Assembly: GCF_055900595.2 (NCBI RefSeq)
Contig: NZ_CM148325.1
Reading direction: 5' to 3' (one strand)
DNA length: 64,000 nucleotides
Shown here: in pieces, positions 14,845-29,837 of the stretch
Layout: every line of letters starts with the position of its first letter
How positions within the stretch are numbered: the stretch's first letter is position 1
The notes under the pieces: model-generated
What the model saw: only the letters and a program-made list of their open reading frames with translations
What the model was told of the DNA's origin: nothing
Database searches by the model: none
Position numbers and translations under genes: made by a program

Positions 14845-17088
14845 ATGAAACTGAATGCAACTTATATAAAAATACGTGATAAATGGTGGGGGCTTCCGCT
14901 GTTCCTGCCTTCTTTCATCTTGCCCGTTTTCGCCCATATTAATACTTTCGCGCATATTTCTTCCGGTGAGGTTTTTCTCTTTTACCTGCCTTTGGCACTG
15001 ATGATCAGCATGATGATGTTTTTCAGCTGGGCGGCATTGCCAGGTATCGCTTTAGGGATTTTTGTTCGCAAATATGCAGAGCTGGGTATTTACGAAACGC
15101 TCTCATTAACAGCTAATTTTATTATCATTATCATTCTCTGTTGGGGCGGTTACAGGGTCTTTACTCCCCGGCGTAACAACGTTTCACATGGTGATACCCG
15201 TTTAATTGCCCAGCGTATATTCTGGCAGATTGTATTTCCTGCAACGCTGTTTCTAATACTTTTCCAATTTGCTGCGTTTGTTGGATTACTGGCGAGCAGA
15301 GAAAATCTGGTCGGCGTCATGCCCTTTAACCTCGGGACCTTAATCAATTATCAGGCCTTGCTGGTAGGTAATCTGATTGGTGTCCCGCTGTGCTATTTCA
15401 TCATTCGGGTGGTGCGAAATCCGTTTTATTTACGTAGCTATTATTCGCAATTAAAACAGCAGGTTGATGCCAAAGTTACCAAAAAAGAGTTCGCGCTCTG
15501 GCTACTGGCATTAGGTGCGTTGTTGCTGCTGTTGTGCATGCCGTTAAATGAAAAAAGCACAATTTTTAGCACCAATTATACCTTGTCATTATTGCTGCCC
15601 CTGATGATGTGGGGAGCGATGCGCTATGGTTATAAGCTGATTTCGCTGCTCTGGGCGGTCGTGCTGATGATCAGCATCCACAGCTATCAAAATTACATTC
15701 CCATTTATCCTGGCTATACCACGCAGCTGACCATAACCTCCTCCAGTTATCTGGTATTCTCTTTTATTGTCAATTATATGGCTGTACTGGCAACCCGTCA
15801 GCGAGCGGTAGTCAGACGCATTCAGCGGCTTGCGTATGTGGACCCGGTGGTTCATTTGCCAAATGTTCGCGCCCTGAATCGCGCGTTGCGTGATGCCCCC
15901 TGGTCTGCGCTTTGTTATTTACGCATCCCCGGCATGGAAATGCTGGTTAAGAACTATGGCATCATGCTACGGATTCAATACAAGCAAAAACTTTCTCACT
16001 GGCTGTCACCATTGCTGGAACCGGGTGAAGATGTTTATCAGCTTTCGGGTAACGATCTCGCGCTGCGACTGAATACAGAAGCGCACCAGGAGCGCATTAC
16101 CGCACTGGATAGCCATCTCAAGCAATTTCGTTTCTTTTGGGATGGAATGCCGATGCAACCGCAGATTGGCGTCAGTTACTGCTATGTGCGCTCGCCAGTG
16201 AATCATATCTACTTACTGCTGGGAGAGCTAAATACGGTCGCCGAACTTTCCATCGTGACCAACGCCCCGGAAAATATGCAGCGTCGCGGGGCAATGTATT
16301 TGCAACGCGAATTGAAAGATAAAGTCGCGATGATGAATCGGCTACAGCAGGCGCTGGAACACAACCATTTTTTCCTGATGGCCCAGCCGATTAACGGTAT
16401 GCGTGGTGATGTCTACCATGAGATCCTTCTGCGCATGAAAGGTGATAATGATGAACTGATCAGCCCCGACAGCTTCTTGCCGGTCGCGCACGAATTTGGT
16501 TTATCGTCGAGTATCGACATGTGGGTCATTGAGCATACGCTGCAATTTATGGCTGAAAACAGAGCGAAGATGCCCGCTCACCGTTTTGCGATTAATCTGT
16601 CGCCAACCTCGGTATGTCAGGCTCGTTTTCCCGTTGAAGTCAGTCAACTGCTGGCTAAATATCAAATTGAAGCGTGGCAACTTATTTTTGAAGTCACCGA
16701 AAGTAATGCTCTGACCAATGTTAAGCAGGCGCAAATCACCTTGCAGCATCTTCAGGAATTAGGCTGCCAGATTGCGATTGATGATTTCGGCACCGGCTAC
16801 GCCAGCTATGCGCGGCTTAAAAATGTGAATGCCGATCTCCTTAAAATTGACGGCAGTTTTATCCGCAATATTGTGTCAAATAGTCTGGATTACCAGATAG
16901 TGGCGTCGATTTGTCACCTGGCGCGAATGAAGAAAATGCTGGTAGTGGCAGAGTACGTTCAAAACGAAGAGATCCGCGAGGCGGTGCTTTCTTTAGGGAT
17001 AGATTATATGCAGGGTTATCTTATTGGTAAGCCGCAACCGTTAATTGATACGCTGAATGAAATCGAACCCATTCGCGAAAGTGCCTGA
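14845..17088 (+). CDS. pdeF: Cyclic-di-GMP phosphodiesterase PdeF (YfgF): membrane MASE1 domain, degenerate GGDEF, EAL
   Basis: 747 aa. N-terminal multi-TM region and C-terminal EAL-type region (DDFGTGYAS motif). Confidence 0.9.
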   Translation: MKLNATYIKIRDKWWGLPLFLPSFILPVFAHINTFAHISSGEVFLFYLPLALMISMMMFFSWAALPGIALGIFVRKYAELGIYETLSLTANFIIIIILCWGGYRVFTPRRNNVSHGDTRLIAQRIFWQIVFPATLFLILFQFAAFVGLLASRENLVGVMPFNLGTLINYQALLVGNLIGVPLCYFIIRVVRNPFYLRSYYSQLKQQVDAKVTKKEFALWLLALGALLLLLCMPLNEKSTIFSTNYTLSLLLPLMMWGAMRYGYKLISLLWAVVLMISIHSYQNYIPIYPGYTTQLTITSSSYLVFSFIVNYMAVLATRQRAVVRRIQRLAYVDPVVHLPNVRALNRALRDAPWSALCYLRIPGMEMLVKNYGIMLRIQYKQKLSHWLSPLLEPGEDVYQLSGNDLALRLNTEAHQERITALDSHLKQFRFFWDGMPMQPQIGVSYCYVRSPVNHIYLLLGELNTVAELSIVTNAPENMQRRGAMYLQRELKDKVAMMNRLQQALEHNHFFLMAQPINGMRGDVYHEILLRMKGDNDELISPDSFLPVAHEFGLSSSIDMWVIEHTLQFMAENRAKMPAHRFAINLSPTSVCQARFPVEVSQLLAKYQIEAWQLIFEVTESNALTNVKQAQITLQHLQELGCQIAIDDFGTGYASYARLKNVNADLLKIDGSFIRNIVSNSLDYQIVASICHLARMKKMLVVAEYVQNEEIREAVLSLGIDYMQGYLIGKPQPLIDTLNEIEPIRESA

Positions 17089-17126
17089 ACAGCGAGGGCC
17101 GACATTTCTTGTCGGCCCGCAAAGCA

Positions 17127-20739
<3,613 letters not shown>

Positions 20740-20910
20740 TACCACTTTTACTCCGTTTTATTCACGGGACACTGCCTGGATATTATGGCGAGCAATATTG
20801 GCAGATGTCCAACTATGCCAGAAAAGGGGGAAAAAAACTGCTGGAGCTTGCGATTTACAGGTGAATTGAAAAACGCCAGCGGCAGAGCTGGCGCTTTAAC
20901 TACGGGGGCA

Positions 20911-21548
20911 TTACTCGTCGGCAGCGTAGCCCTGCGGCGGCAGACGTTGACCATCCAGCCACGCGGCGTTTTCGTGCATTTTCAGACGACCATCGGCAAA
21001 CCAGCTAATCACCAGTGGATAAATAGCGTGTTCCTGGGTTTGCACGCGGGCGGTGATGTCATCCTCCGTATCACCAGCAAATACCGGGACTTTCGCCTGT
21101 AAAATAACCGGGCCACCGTCCAGTTCATCGGTGACGAAATGCACCGATGTACCGTGCTCTTCATCGCCATTTTCCAGCGCCTGACGATGGGTGTGTAATC
21201 CGGGATATTTCGGCAGCAGAGAAGGGTGAATGTTCAGCAAACGCCCGGCATAGTGGGAGACAAACGCCGGGCTGAGAATGCGCATAAAACCAGCCAGCAC
21301 GACCACATCGGGTGCGTACATGTCGATTTCATGAATCAACTCCCGGTCATAGGCTTCACGACTGTCAAACGCGCCGGCGATGAGCGTATGCGTTGCAATA
21401 CCCGCCTGGCGGGCGCGTTCAAGGCCGAACGCGTCGGCCTTATTGCTGAAAACTGCCCGTACGGTGCCTTTAATTTTATTGGTTTTGCAGGCGTCAATAA
21501 TTGCCTGCAAATTACTTCCGTTGCCGGAAATAAGCACCACAATATTCA

Positions 21549-21549
<1 letters not shown>
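20911..21549 (-). CDS. purN: Phosphoribosylglycinamide formyltransferase
   Basis: 212 aa (MNIVVLISGNGSNLQAIIDA...), downstream of purM. Confidence 0.95.
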
Positions 21550-22604
<1,055 letters not shown>

Positions 22605-22648
22605 TTACTTGCGGTAGAAAAATAAAATTCGGCGCAATTCTAACAGGG

Positions 22649-22664
22649 AAAGCAAACGTTTGCG
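22649..22664. promoter_or_regulatory. PurR operator (PUR box) in the purMN promoter
   Basis: aaGCAAACGTTTGCga, a palindrome matching the PurR-box consensus, about 65 bp upstream of purM. Confidence 0.7.
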
Positions 22665-22910
22665 AGACTGCTTTACACAACCTTTTTGCACTTCATTTTC
22701 CCAAGCGCGCGGCGAAAGAATAGCTGCACTGTGGCAAAGAAGAGTTTTTGGATGGAATAATATTCTTTCATAACCACATGAATATAAAGTAACTTTATCT
22801 AAAACCGTTATCATTTTGACTCAAATCAACGAAAATAATATTGCCGCCTTGAAGAAAGGAGGTATAATCCGTCGATTTTTTTTGTGGCTGCCCCTCAAAG
22901 GAGAAAGAGT

Positions 22911-23537
22911 ATGAAGATCGTGGAAGTCAAACACCCACTCGTCAAACACAAGCTGGGACTGATGCGTGAGCAAGATATCAGCACCAAGCGCTTTCGCGAA
23001 CTCGCTTCCGAAGTGGGTAGCCTGCTGACTTACGAAGCGACCGCCGACCTCGAAACGGAAAAAGTAACTATCGAAGGCTGGAACGGCCCGGTAGAAATCG
23101 ACCAGATCAAAGGTAAGAAAATTACCGTTGTGCCAATTCTGCGTGCGGGTCTGGGGATGATGGACGGTGTGCTGGAAAACGTTCCGAGCGCGCGCATTAG
23201 CGTCGTCGGTATGTACCGTAATGAAGAAACGCTGGAGCCGGTACCGTACTTCCAGAAACTGGTTTCTAACATCGATGAGCGTATGGCGCTGATCGTTGAC
23301 CCAATGCTGGCAACCGGTGGTTCCGTTATCGCGACCATCGACCTGCTGAAAAAAGCGGGCTGCAGCAGCATCAAAGTTCTGGTGCTGGTAGCTGCGCCAG
23401 AAGGTATCGCAGCGCTGGAAAAAGCGCACCCGGACGTCGAACTGTATACTGCATCGATTGACCAGGGACTGAACGAGCACGGATACATTATTCCGGGCCT
23501 CGGCGATGCCGGTGACAAAATCTTTGGTACGAAATAA
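22911..23537 (+). CDS. upp: Uracil phosphoribosyltransferase
   Basis: 208 aa from ATG at 22911 ([20 protein letters not shown]...) with SD AAGGAG. Confidence 0.95.
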
Positions 23538-23552
23538 AGAATAAAAATAATT

Positions 23553-23583
23553 AAAGCCGACTTTAAGAGTCGGCTTTTTTTTG
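23553..23583 (+). terminator. Rho-independent terminator after upp
   Basis: aaagccgact-ttaag-agtcggcttt followed by a T-run. Confidence 0.7.
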
Positions 23584-23622
23584 AGTAAAGCGCCTATAAC
23601 ACATAATACAGAGGATAATACT

Positions 23623-24912
23623 ATGACGCGCCGTGCTATCGGGGTGAGTGAAAGACCGCCACTTTTACAGACAATCCCGCTTAGTTTGCAACATTTGTTC
23701 GCCATGTTTGGTGCAACCGTCTTGGTGCCCGTCTTATTTCATATTAACCCGGCGACTGTACTGTTATTTAACGGTATAGGAACGCTGCTGTATCTCTTCA
23801 TCTGTAAAGGGAAAATCCCGGCTTATCTTGGTTCCAGCTTTGCCTTTATTTCACCGGTATTGTTACTGTTGCCGTTAGGGTATGAAGTCGCGCTGGGCGG
23901 CTTTATTATGTGCGGCGTGCTGTTCTGCCTGGTTTCTTTTATCGTGAAGAAAGCGGGGACCGGCTGGCTGGACGTGCTGTTTCCACCTGCGGCAATGGGC
24001 GCAATCGTTGCCGTCATCGGTCTGGAGTTGGCGGGCGTAGCTGCCGGTATGGCAGGTTTACTCCCGGCTGAAGGGCAAACGCCAGACTCCAAAACCATCA
24101 TCATCTCCATTACCACGCTGGCAGTCACGGTTTTAGGTTCCGTGCTGTTTCGTGGTTTCCTGGCAATTATCCCGATTTTAATTGGCGTGCTGGTGGGCTA
24201 CGCGCTCTCTTTCGCAATGGGAATTGTCGATACCACGCCGATTATTAATGCTCACTGGTTTGCGCTGCCAACTCTCTATACGCCGCGCTTCGAGTGGTTT
24301 GCCATTCTGACTATTCTGCCAGCGGCGTTAGTGGTTATTGCCGAACACGTAGGGCACCTGGTAGTAACGGCTAATATCGTCAAAAAAGATCTGCTGCGCG
24401 ATCCAGGTCTGCACCGTTCGATGTTTGCTAACGGCTTGTCGACCGTGATCTCCGGCTTCTTTGGCTCCACGCCAAACACCACCTACGGGGAAAACATTGG
24501 CGTGATGGCGATCACCCGTGTTTACAGTACCTGGGTTATCGGCGGGGCGGCGATTTTCGCTATCCTGCTTTCCTGCGTCGGTAAACTGGCTGCTGCTATC
24601 CAGATGATCCCATTGCCGGTGATGGGCGGCGTTTCGCTGCTGCTTTATGGTGTTATCGGTGCTTCCGGTATTCGTGTTTTGATCGAATCGAAAGTGGATT
24701 ACAACAAAGCACAGAACCTGATCCTGACTTCCGTGATTTTGATCATCGGTGTCAGTGGCGCGAAGGTAAACATCGGCGCGGCGGAGCTGAAAGGTATGGC
24801 GCTGGCGACCATCGTCGGTATCGGCTTAAGTTTGATCTTCAAACTGATTAGTGTGCTGCGACCTGAAGAAGTGGTGCTGGACGCAGAAGACGCGGATATA
24901 ACAGACAAATAA
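23623..24912 (+). CDS. uraA: Uracil:H+ symporter
   Basis: 429 aa from ATG at 23623 ([16 protein letters not shown]...); polytopic membrane protein. Confidence 0.95.
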   Translation: MTRRAIGVSERPPLLQTIPLSLQHLFAMFGATVLVPVLFHINPATVLLFNGIGTLLYLFICKGKIPAYLGSSFAFISPVLLLLPLGYEVALGGFIMCGVLFCLVSFIVKKAGTGWLDVLFPPAAMGAIVAVIGLELAGVAAGMAGLLPAEGQTPDSKTIIISITTLAVTVLGSVLFRGFLAIIPILIGVLVGYALSFAMGIVDTTPIINAHWFALPTLYTPRFEWFAILTILPAALVVIAEHVGHLVVTANIVKKDLLRDPGLHRSMFANGLSTVISGFFGSTPNTTYGENIGVMAITRVYSTWVIGGAAIFAILLSCVGKLAAAIQMIPLPVMGGVSLLLYGVIGASGIRVLIESKVDYNKAQNLILTSVILIIGVSGAKVNIGAAELKGMALATIVGIGLSLIFKLISVLRPEEVVLDAEDADITDK

Positions 24913-25006
24913 TGTACCGACCGGGCAGTGTTGCTGCCCGGTTCAAACATCATGGGATTCTGTGGTAAACTTCTCGCGATTTTGTGAAATCCTGGTTGAG
25001 GTATCT

Positions 25007-25708
25007 CTGAACACACCGGCACAGCTCTCTTTGCCACTTTATCTTCCTGACGACGAAACCTTTGCAAGTTTCTGGCCGGGGGATAACTCCTCTTTACTGG
25101 CCGCGCTGCAAAACGTGCTGCGTCAGGAACATAGCGGTTACATCTATCTCTGGGCACGCGAAGGCGCGGGGCGCAGCCATCTGCTGCACGCGGCTTGCGC
25201 GGAATTGTCGCAGCGTGGCGATGCGGTGGGCTATGTCCCGCTGGATAAACGCACCTGGTTTGTTCCGGAAGTGCTCGACGGTATGGAGCATTTGTCGCTG
25301 GTCTGTATCGACAACATTGAGTGTATTGCAGGCGATGAGTTGTGGGAGATGGCGATTTTCGATCTCTACAATCGAATTCTGGAATCGGGTAAAACACGGT
25401 TGTTAATCACCGGCGATCGTCCACCGCGGCAGTTGAATCTGGGATTACCGGATCTCGCGTCGCGACTCGACTGGGGGCAGATCTACAAATTGCAGCCTCT
25501 TTCTGATGAAGATAAGTTGCAGGCGCTACAGTTACGCGCGCGTTTGCGTGGTTTTGAACTGCCGGAAGATGTGGGGCGTTTCTTGCTGAAGCGGCTCGAC
25601 AGAGAGATGCGCACGTTATTTATGACGTTGGATCAGTTGGATCGTGCGTCGATTACCGCGCAACGTAAGCTGACCATTCCGTTTGTGAAAGAAATTCTGA
25701 AACTGTAG
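25007..25708 (+). CDS. hda: DnaA-inactivating protein Hda (RIDA)
   Basis: 233 aa if initiated at the CTG at 25007 (.[18 protein letters not shown]...); the track's ORF starts at 24962. Confidence 0.85.
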
Positions 25709-25744
25709 ACAAGACGTTTATTGTCGGATATGCACCCATAGTAT

Positions 25745-25792
25745 TCGTCGGCCGGATAAGACGCGGCAAGCGTCGCATCCGGCAATGTGCTT
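25745..25792. repeat. REP (repetitive extragenic palindrome) element
   Basis: gccggataagacgcggcaagcgtcgcatccggca type sequence between hda and arsC. Confidence 0.7.
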
Positions 25793-25813
25793 CAACTAGC
25801 GATGGAGCACTTA

Positions 25814-26173
25814 TTAACCCACGATTTCCAGCACCTGCTCCGGTGGACGACCAATTCGCGCTTTGCCATTCGCGACCACAATCGGGCGCTCCATTAGCTT
25901 CGGATTATCCACCATTGCCTGAATCAGCGCCTCTTCGCTAAGCGAACTGTCAGCCAGGTTCAGTTCTTTATAAAGATCCTCTTTCTGGCGCATCAATTCA
26001 CGAGCGCTATTCATTCCCAGCATTTTCAGCAAATCGCGCAGCGTTGCCGCATCGGCGGGTGTCTCAAGGTAGAGCACCACTTCTGGCTCCACGCCGTTTT
26101 CTTTCAGCAGGTTCAGCGTTTCCCGGCTCTTTGAACAGCGTGGGTTATGGTAGATTTTTACCTGTTTGGTCAT
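25814..26173 (-). CDS. arsC: Arsenate reductase-like protein (ArsC/Spx family, YfgD)
   Basis: 119 aa with the N-terminal Cys motif (YHNPRCSKSR). Confidence 0.85.
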   Translation of the reverse strand: MTKQVKIYHNPRCSKSRETLNLLKENGVEPEVVLYLETPADAATLRDLLKMLGMNSARELMRQKEDLYKELNLADSSLSEEALIQAMVDNPKLMERPIVVANGKARIGRPPEQVLEIVG

Positions 26174-26193
26174 TGTTCTTCCTTTAATGCGAA

Positions 26194-27657
26194 TTACATC
26201 TTGGTATAAGGCTTAAAGCGTTCTTGCAGCTGGCGCAACTGGTCGATGCGCGCATCGTAACGCGCTTGTTGCAGGCTGCCTAATTTCACCTGAGAACTGG
26301 CGCTACTCAACAAGGAAATGGCCTGATCGAGTCGCCCGGCGAGCGCATAACCTTCTGCTCGCGCAGCCAGTTCCTGATCGCGGTTATTTAGTGCGGCTTC
26401 CGCCTGTGCCAGTAAATCCCAGCCGTTGCTGTCATCTTTATTGTTAAAAGTGTAGCGATTCAGAATATTGGCCGCTTCCTGTGGTTGCCCCCCTTGCAGA
26501 TAAGCGTTCGCCAGGTTGAGCTGCAACACCGGATTGGTGCGCAAATCGCGGGCATTTTTCAGGCGATTGATAGCGTCATTGGCTTTGTTTTGCCCAAGAT
26601 CGATATCGGTAGCCAGATCGAGATACCATGCGTTGCCAGGTTCTGCCGCCAGTAACGGTTGCAGCGTTTTACGCGCTTCGTCGTATTTATTGGCTTCCAT
26701 CGCCTGTAAAGCACGACCATATTGCGCCGCTCGTTGCTGACGAACGTTTCCTTTCGCCCATTCATCCAGCAAATCACTGGTGAGCTGATTACGTCCGGAA
26801 TTATACATCCCCAGTGTGCGCGCTTTCGCCAGATAGAAATCCTCCGACGACTGCACCACCATCGGGCGCATCTGATTAGCACGGTTGCGGGCATCTGCCA
26901 GACGACTTTCCGGCAACGGGTGAGTCAATAAAATTTCCGGCGGACGCGAGGAGTAACGCGCCTGATCGAGCAATTTTTCGAGGAAGGTTGGCATCGCCTG
27001 CGGATCGAATCCTGAGCGTTGCAGCACCTGAATACCAATGCGGTCCGCTTCCTGTTCATTTTGCTGGGTGAAACTGATCATACCCTGGCGCGTTCCCGCC
27101 AGCGTACCGGTTAGCGCCGCCATCCCTGCTTGTGGACTGGCCATCGCCAGTAAAATAGAACCTAACGCCCCGACCCAGGTCAGTGGTGCGCTGCGCTGCT
27201 GATCTTCCATCGCTCGCGCCAGGTGACGTTGGGTGACGTGGGAGATTTCGTGCGCCATAACTGAAGCCAGTTGACTTTCGTTATCGGAATAACGGAACAG
27301 GGCAGAGTGCAGCACCACGTTGCCGCCAAAGAAAGCAAAGGCGTTAATTTCGTCGTTGTTGATCAGAAAGAAATGAAACGGTGTCTTAACCGAATTGGCA
27401 TGCGAAACCAGACGCATCCCCAGCGAATTAATATATTGCGTTAACAGCGGGTCATTAATTAACGGCGCGCTGCCGCGTAGCTGGCGGACATAATAGTCGC
27501 CCATCTGCATTTCCTGGCCAATGGAAAGCGTGCTTCCTGCGGAGGTTCCCATATCCGGCAAGGTGTCTGCGCTGTCGGCAAACGCCGGGGCTACCTGACC
27601 AATGGTCATAGCAGCAATGAGGGTTGCAACCAGGTTTTTTTTCAACTGCCTGAACAT
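26194..27657 (-). CDS. bepA: Periplasmic beta-barrel assembly-enhancing protease BepA (M48 metalloprotease with TPR repeats)
   Basis: 487 aa with signal peptide, HEISH zinc motif and C-terminal TPR-like repeats. Confidence 0.95.
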   Translation of the reverse strand: MFRQLKKNLVATLIAAMTIGQVAPAFADSADTLPDMGTSAGSTLSIGQEMQMGDYYVRQLRGSAPLINDPLLTQYINSLGMRLVSHANSVKTPFHFFLINNDEINAFAFFGGNVVLHSALFRYSDNESQLASVMAHEISHVTQRHLARAMEDQQRSAPLTWVGALGSILLAMASPQAGMAALTGTLAGTRQGMISFTQQNEQEADRIGIQVLQRSGFDPQAMPTFLEKLLDQARYSSRPPEILLTHPLPESRLADARNRANQMRPMVVQSSEDFYLAKARTLGMYNSGRNQLTSDLLDEWAKGNVRQQRAAQYGRALQAMEANKYDEARKTLQPLLAAEPGNAWYLDLATDIDLGQNKANDAINRLKNARDLRTNPVLQLNLANAYLQGGQPQEAANILNRYTFNNKDDSNGWDLLAQAEAALNNRDQELAARAEGYALAGRLDQAISLLSSASSQVKLGSLQQARYDARIDQLRQLQERFKPYTKM

Positions 27658-27869
27658 AACCTCTATCCTGTATTTCTGAAGATAGTCATTTGACCGATAC
27701 TGTGAAATATCGTTCCCACCGCGCCGCCTTTGAGTGTAACGGCGAAGATTAGCCCACTCAAATGACTTTTCAGTTTCCTGAATCCGTCATAAAAAGCGAA
27801 GTCTTTTTTGTGACATTTCGATACAATCGCGGATCGCAATCCCGCTCTTGAGGTTCAGGGAAGGTCTTT

Positions 27870-28931
27870 ATGCTCGAAATGTTGATGCAATGGTATCGCC
27901 GCCGTTTTAGCGACCCGGAAGCGATTGCCTTGCTGGTTATTTTAGTTGCCGGATTTGGCATTATTTTTTTCTTTAGTGGCCTGCTTGCTCCGCTGTTGGT
28001 GGCTATTGTGCTGGCCTATTTGCTGGAATGGCCAACCGTGCGCCTGCAATCTATTGGCTGCTCCCGCCGCTGGGCGACGTCGATTGTATTGGTGGTTTTC
28101 GTCGGTATATTGCTATTGATGGCGTTCGTGGTACTGCCTATCGCCTGGCAGCAGGGCATCTACTTAATTCGCGATATGCCGGGGATGCTCAATAAGCTTT
28201 CTGACTTTGCCGCCACGTTGCCGCGCCGCTATCCGGCGTTAATGGATGCGGGCATTATTGATGCAATGGCCGAAAATATGCGCAGTCGGATGCTGACCAT
28301 GGGCGATTCGGTGGTGAAAATTTCCCTCGCCTCGCTGGTCGGTTTGCTGACCATTGCCGTCTATCTGGTGCTGGTACCATTGATGGTCTTCTTCCTGCTG
28401 AAAGACAAAGAGCAGATGCTGAACGCCGTTCGTCGGGTGCTGCCACGTAACCGTGGACTGGCAGGACAGGTATGGAAGGAGATGAATCAACAAATCACCA
28501 ACTATATCCGCGGCAAAGTGCTGGAGATGATCGTGGTGGGGATCGCCACCTGGCTGGGATTCTTACTCTTCGGGCTGAACTATTCGCTGCTGCTGGCGGT
28601 GCTGGTCGGCTTCTCGGTACTTATTCCGTACATTGGTGCATTTGTGGTGACCATTCCGGTGGTTGGCGTGGCGCTATTCCAGTTTGGTGCTGGCACGGAA
28701 TTCTGGAGCTGCTTCGCGGTGTATCTGATCATTCAGGCGCTGGACGGCAACCTGTTAGTACCTGTGTTGTTCTCCGAAGCGGTTAACCTGCATCCGCTGG
28801 TCATTATTTTATCAGTAGTGATCTTCGGTGGTTTGTGGGGATTCTGGGGCGTATTCTTCGCCATTCCATTGGCGACGCTGATCAAAGCCGTGATTCACGC
28901 CTGGCCCGATGGTCAAATCGCGCAAGACTAA
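27870..28931 (+). CDS. perM: AI-2E family transporter-like inner-membrane protein PerM (YfgO)
   Basis: 353 aa polytopic membrane protein. Confidence 0.85.
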   Translation: MLEMLMQWYRRRFSDPEAIALLVILVAGFGIIFFFSGLLAPLLVAIVLAYLLEWPTVRLQSIGCSRRWATSIVLVVFVGILLLMAFVVLPIAWQQGIYLIRDMPGMLNKLSDFAATLPRRYPALMDAGIIDAMAENMRSRMLTMGDSVVKISLASLVGLLTIAVYLVLVPLMVFFLLKDKEQMLNAVRRVLPRNRGLAGQVWKEMNQQITNYIRGKVLEMIVVGIATWLGFLLFGLNYSLLLAVLVGFSVLIPYIGAFVVTIPVVGVALFQFGAGTEFWSCFAVYLIIQALDGNLLVPVLFSEAVNLHPLVIILSVVIFGGLWGFWGVFFAIPLATLIKAVIHAWPDGQIAQD

Positions 28932-28967
28932 TCTTCAGCCCGACGAACTGTTTCGCCGGGCTGATTT

Positions 28968-29816
28968 TTAGGGTTCCTGACGTAAATAAATAGCCCGATA
29001 ACAAATACTCACCAGCACTGCACCGCCGATAATATTACCCAGCATCACCGGGAGCAGATTGGCGGTAATAAAATGGCTGACCGTCAGTGCCTGAAAATTG
29101 TCTGCGCTACTGTGCGCCAGTTGCCAGAAGGAGGTAGGGGCGAAATGGCGAATGGCAATGGCGAACGGAATCACAAACAAATTGGCGATACAGTGCTCAA
29201 AGCCACTGGCGACAAACAGGGTGATGGGCAAAATCATGGCGACGATTTTGTCGCATAATGAACGTCCGCAATAACTCATCCACAGCGCCAGACAAACCAT
29301 CAGATTGCACATAATGCCGAGGCTGACAGATTCAGTAAATGTATGATGCATTTTGCCCTCGGCGCAGTGTAAAACCGCGACTCCCCACATCGCGTTTTCA
29401 CTCATCACCAGCCCGGAAAACCAGATTAACAAACTGAAACAGGCAATACCTGCCAGATTACCGCAGGCCACCAGAAGTGCATTAATCAGCCATGTTCGCA
29501 AGCTAATAACGCCCCGACTTTTTGCCATCACCGTCATTACCGACGAGGTGAACAGGCTGGTGCCGCAAACCGCCAGCAAAATAAAGCCGAGTGTAAAGCA
29601 AAGGCCACCCACCAGATGGGTTAATGCCTGTGAAGACGGGGCATCGGCGATAACGGTAAGGTAAAAAGTAAATCCGATCGCCATAAACACGCCTGCGGAC
29701 ATCGCCATTAAAAAGACCGACACTTTGCTGCGGACAATTTTATGGGCGGCAATCCGTTCAGCGATTGCCGCTTTTCTGGCGCTCAACTGCAAGTCGAAAG
29801 AGAGTTTGTTTCTCAT
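28968..29816 (-). CDS. focB: Formate channel FocB (FNT family)
   Basis: 282 aa membrane protein immediately downstream of hyfR. Confidence 0.9.
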   Translation of the reverse strand: MRNKLSFDLQLSARKAAIAERIAAHKIVRSKVSVFLMAMSAGVFMAIGFTFYLTVIADAPSSQALTHLVGGLCFTLGFILLAVCGTSLFTSSVMTVMAKSRGVISLRTWLINALLVACGNLAGIACFSLLIWFSGLVMSENAMWGVAVLHCAEGKMHHTFTESVSLGIMCNLMVCLALWMSYCGRSLCDKIVAMILPITLFVASGFEHCIANLFVIPFAIAIRHFAPTSFWQLAHSSADNFQALTVSHFITANLLPVMLGNIIGGAVLVSICYRAIYLRQEP

Positions 29817-29837
29817 GCATACTCCTGCAAAAACAGA

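Noticed and set aside
17094-17118. Hairpin gggccgaca-tttcttg-tcggccc between pdeF and ppx as a terminator
   Set aside because: Strong stem, but no T-tract on either strand, so it is not called as an intrinsic terminator with confidence; it may still act as an attenuator or RNA stability element.
22821-23705. 294-aa and 162-aa - strand ORFs overlapping upp
   Set aside because: Antisense to upp, which is unambiguous ([10 protein letters not shown]...), and they run through the upp terminator; spurious.
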